37,081 bases of DNA from a virus (taxonomy: Duplodnaviria > Caudoviricetes), in the IMG/VR virus record IMGVR_UViG_3300025639_000008, positions 1 to 37,081 of that record; one strand, written 5' to 3'. A program made the translations under genes and the position numbers. Below, one piece after another: positions 36,829 through 37,081 of this stretch. The notes below the pieces were generated by a model, which did no database searches, was not told the origin of the DNA, and saw only the letters and a program-made list of their open reading frames with translations. Within the stretch, counting starts at the first letter, position 1. Every line of letters begins with the position of its first letter.

Positions 36829-37081
36829 ATGACTATTCAAACAGTAAAACTTCAAGAAAATGGTTATCTCGTTAACGGCAATATGTCTGTACCAGAAGCC
36901 GAGGGCAACCGCCACTACCAAGAAATCCTCGATTGGATTAACGATAGCAACCTACCCGAAGGCCCAGACATTATCGAACCTGATTATGTCGCTCTACGCA
37001 CAGGCACAGACGGTTATGCTTCCACAGGTGAACAGTTAGGCATGATTGCAGATGGTACTCAAGCCGCACACGTAGCCGAAG
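36829..37081 (+). CDS. Putative fibre chaperone-like protein (partial; runs off the window)
   Basis: AGGAG then ATG 36829; MTIQTVKLQENGYLVNGNMSVPEAEGNRHYQEILDW...; open to the end of the window. Confidence 0.6.
   Translation, partial: MTIQTVKLQENGYLVNGNMSVPEAEGNRHYQEILDWINDSNLPEGPDIIEPDYVALRTGTDGYASTGEQLGMIADGTQAAHVAE

Overview
About 37 kb of a T7-like podophage (Autographiviridae-type, probably marine). All supported genes are on the + strand; the left early region and the terminase/holin lie outside the window. Gene order: MarR-like regulator, tyrosine integrase, a complete tRNA-Leu(UAG), an intact attP-like site, single-subunit RNA polymerase, then replication and nucleotide genes (SSB, endonuclease I, amidase, primase-helicase, C5 methyltransferase, DNA polymerase A, T5orf172-like nuclease, PhoH, exonuclease, DUF3310, thioredoxin, class II RNR, ThyX), then virion genes (portal, scaffold, capsid, tail A/B, GNAT, ejection proteins, tail fibre and small fibre modules). 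Main findings: (1) the attP core equals the tRNA-Leu anticodon arm but has no tRNA-restoring 3' fragment, and a full tRNA copy with different stem flanks sits beside it, suggesting a disrupt-and-replace integration system; (2) an ORF-less 269-nt group I intron splits the catalytic Cys codon of nrdJ; (3) the C5 methyltransferase is encoded in two overlapping frames and is frameshifted at a G7 tract; (4) a 10-bp inverted repeat brackets the scaffold gene and covers its ribosome-binding site; (5) promoter-like and operator-like motifs abut the integrase arm sites. All calls come from reading motifs by eye; no database searches were run.
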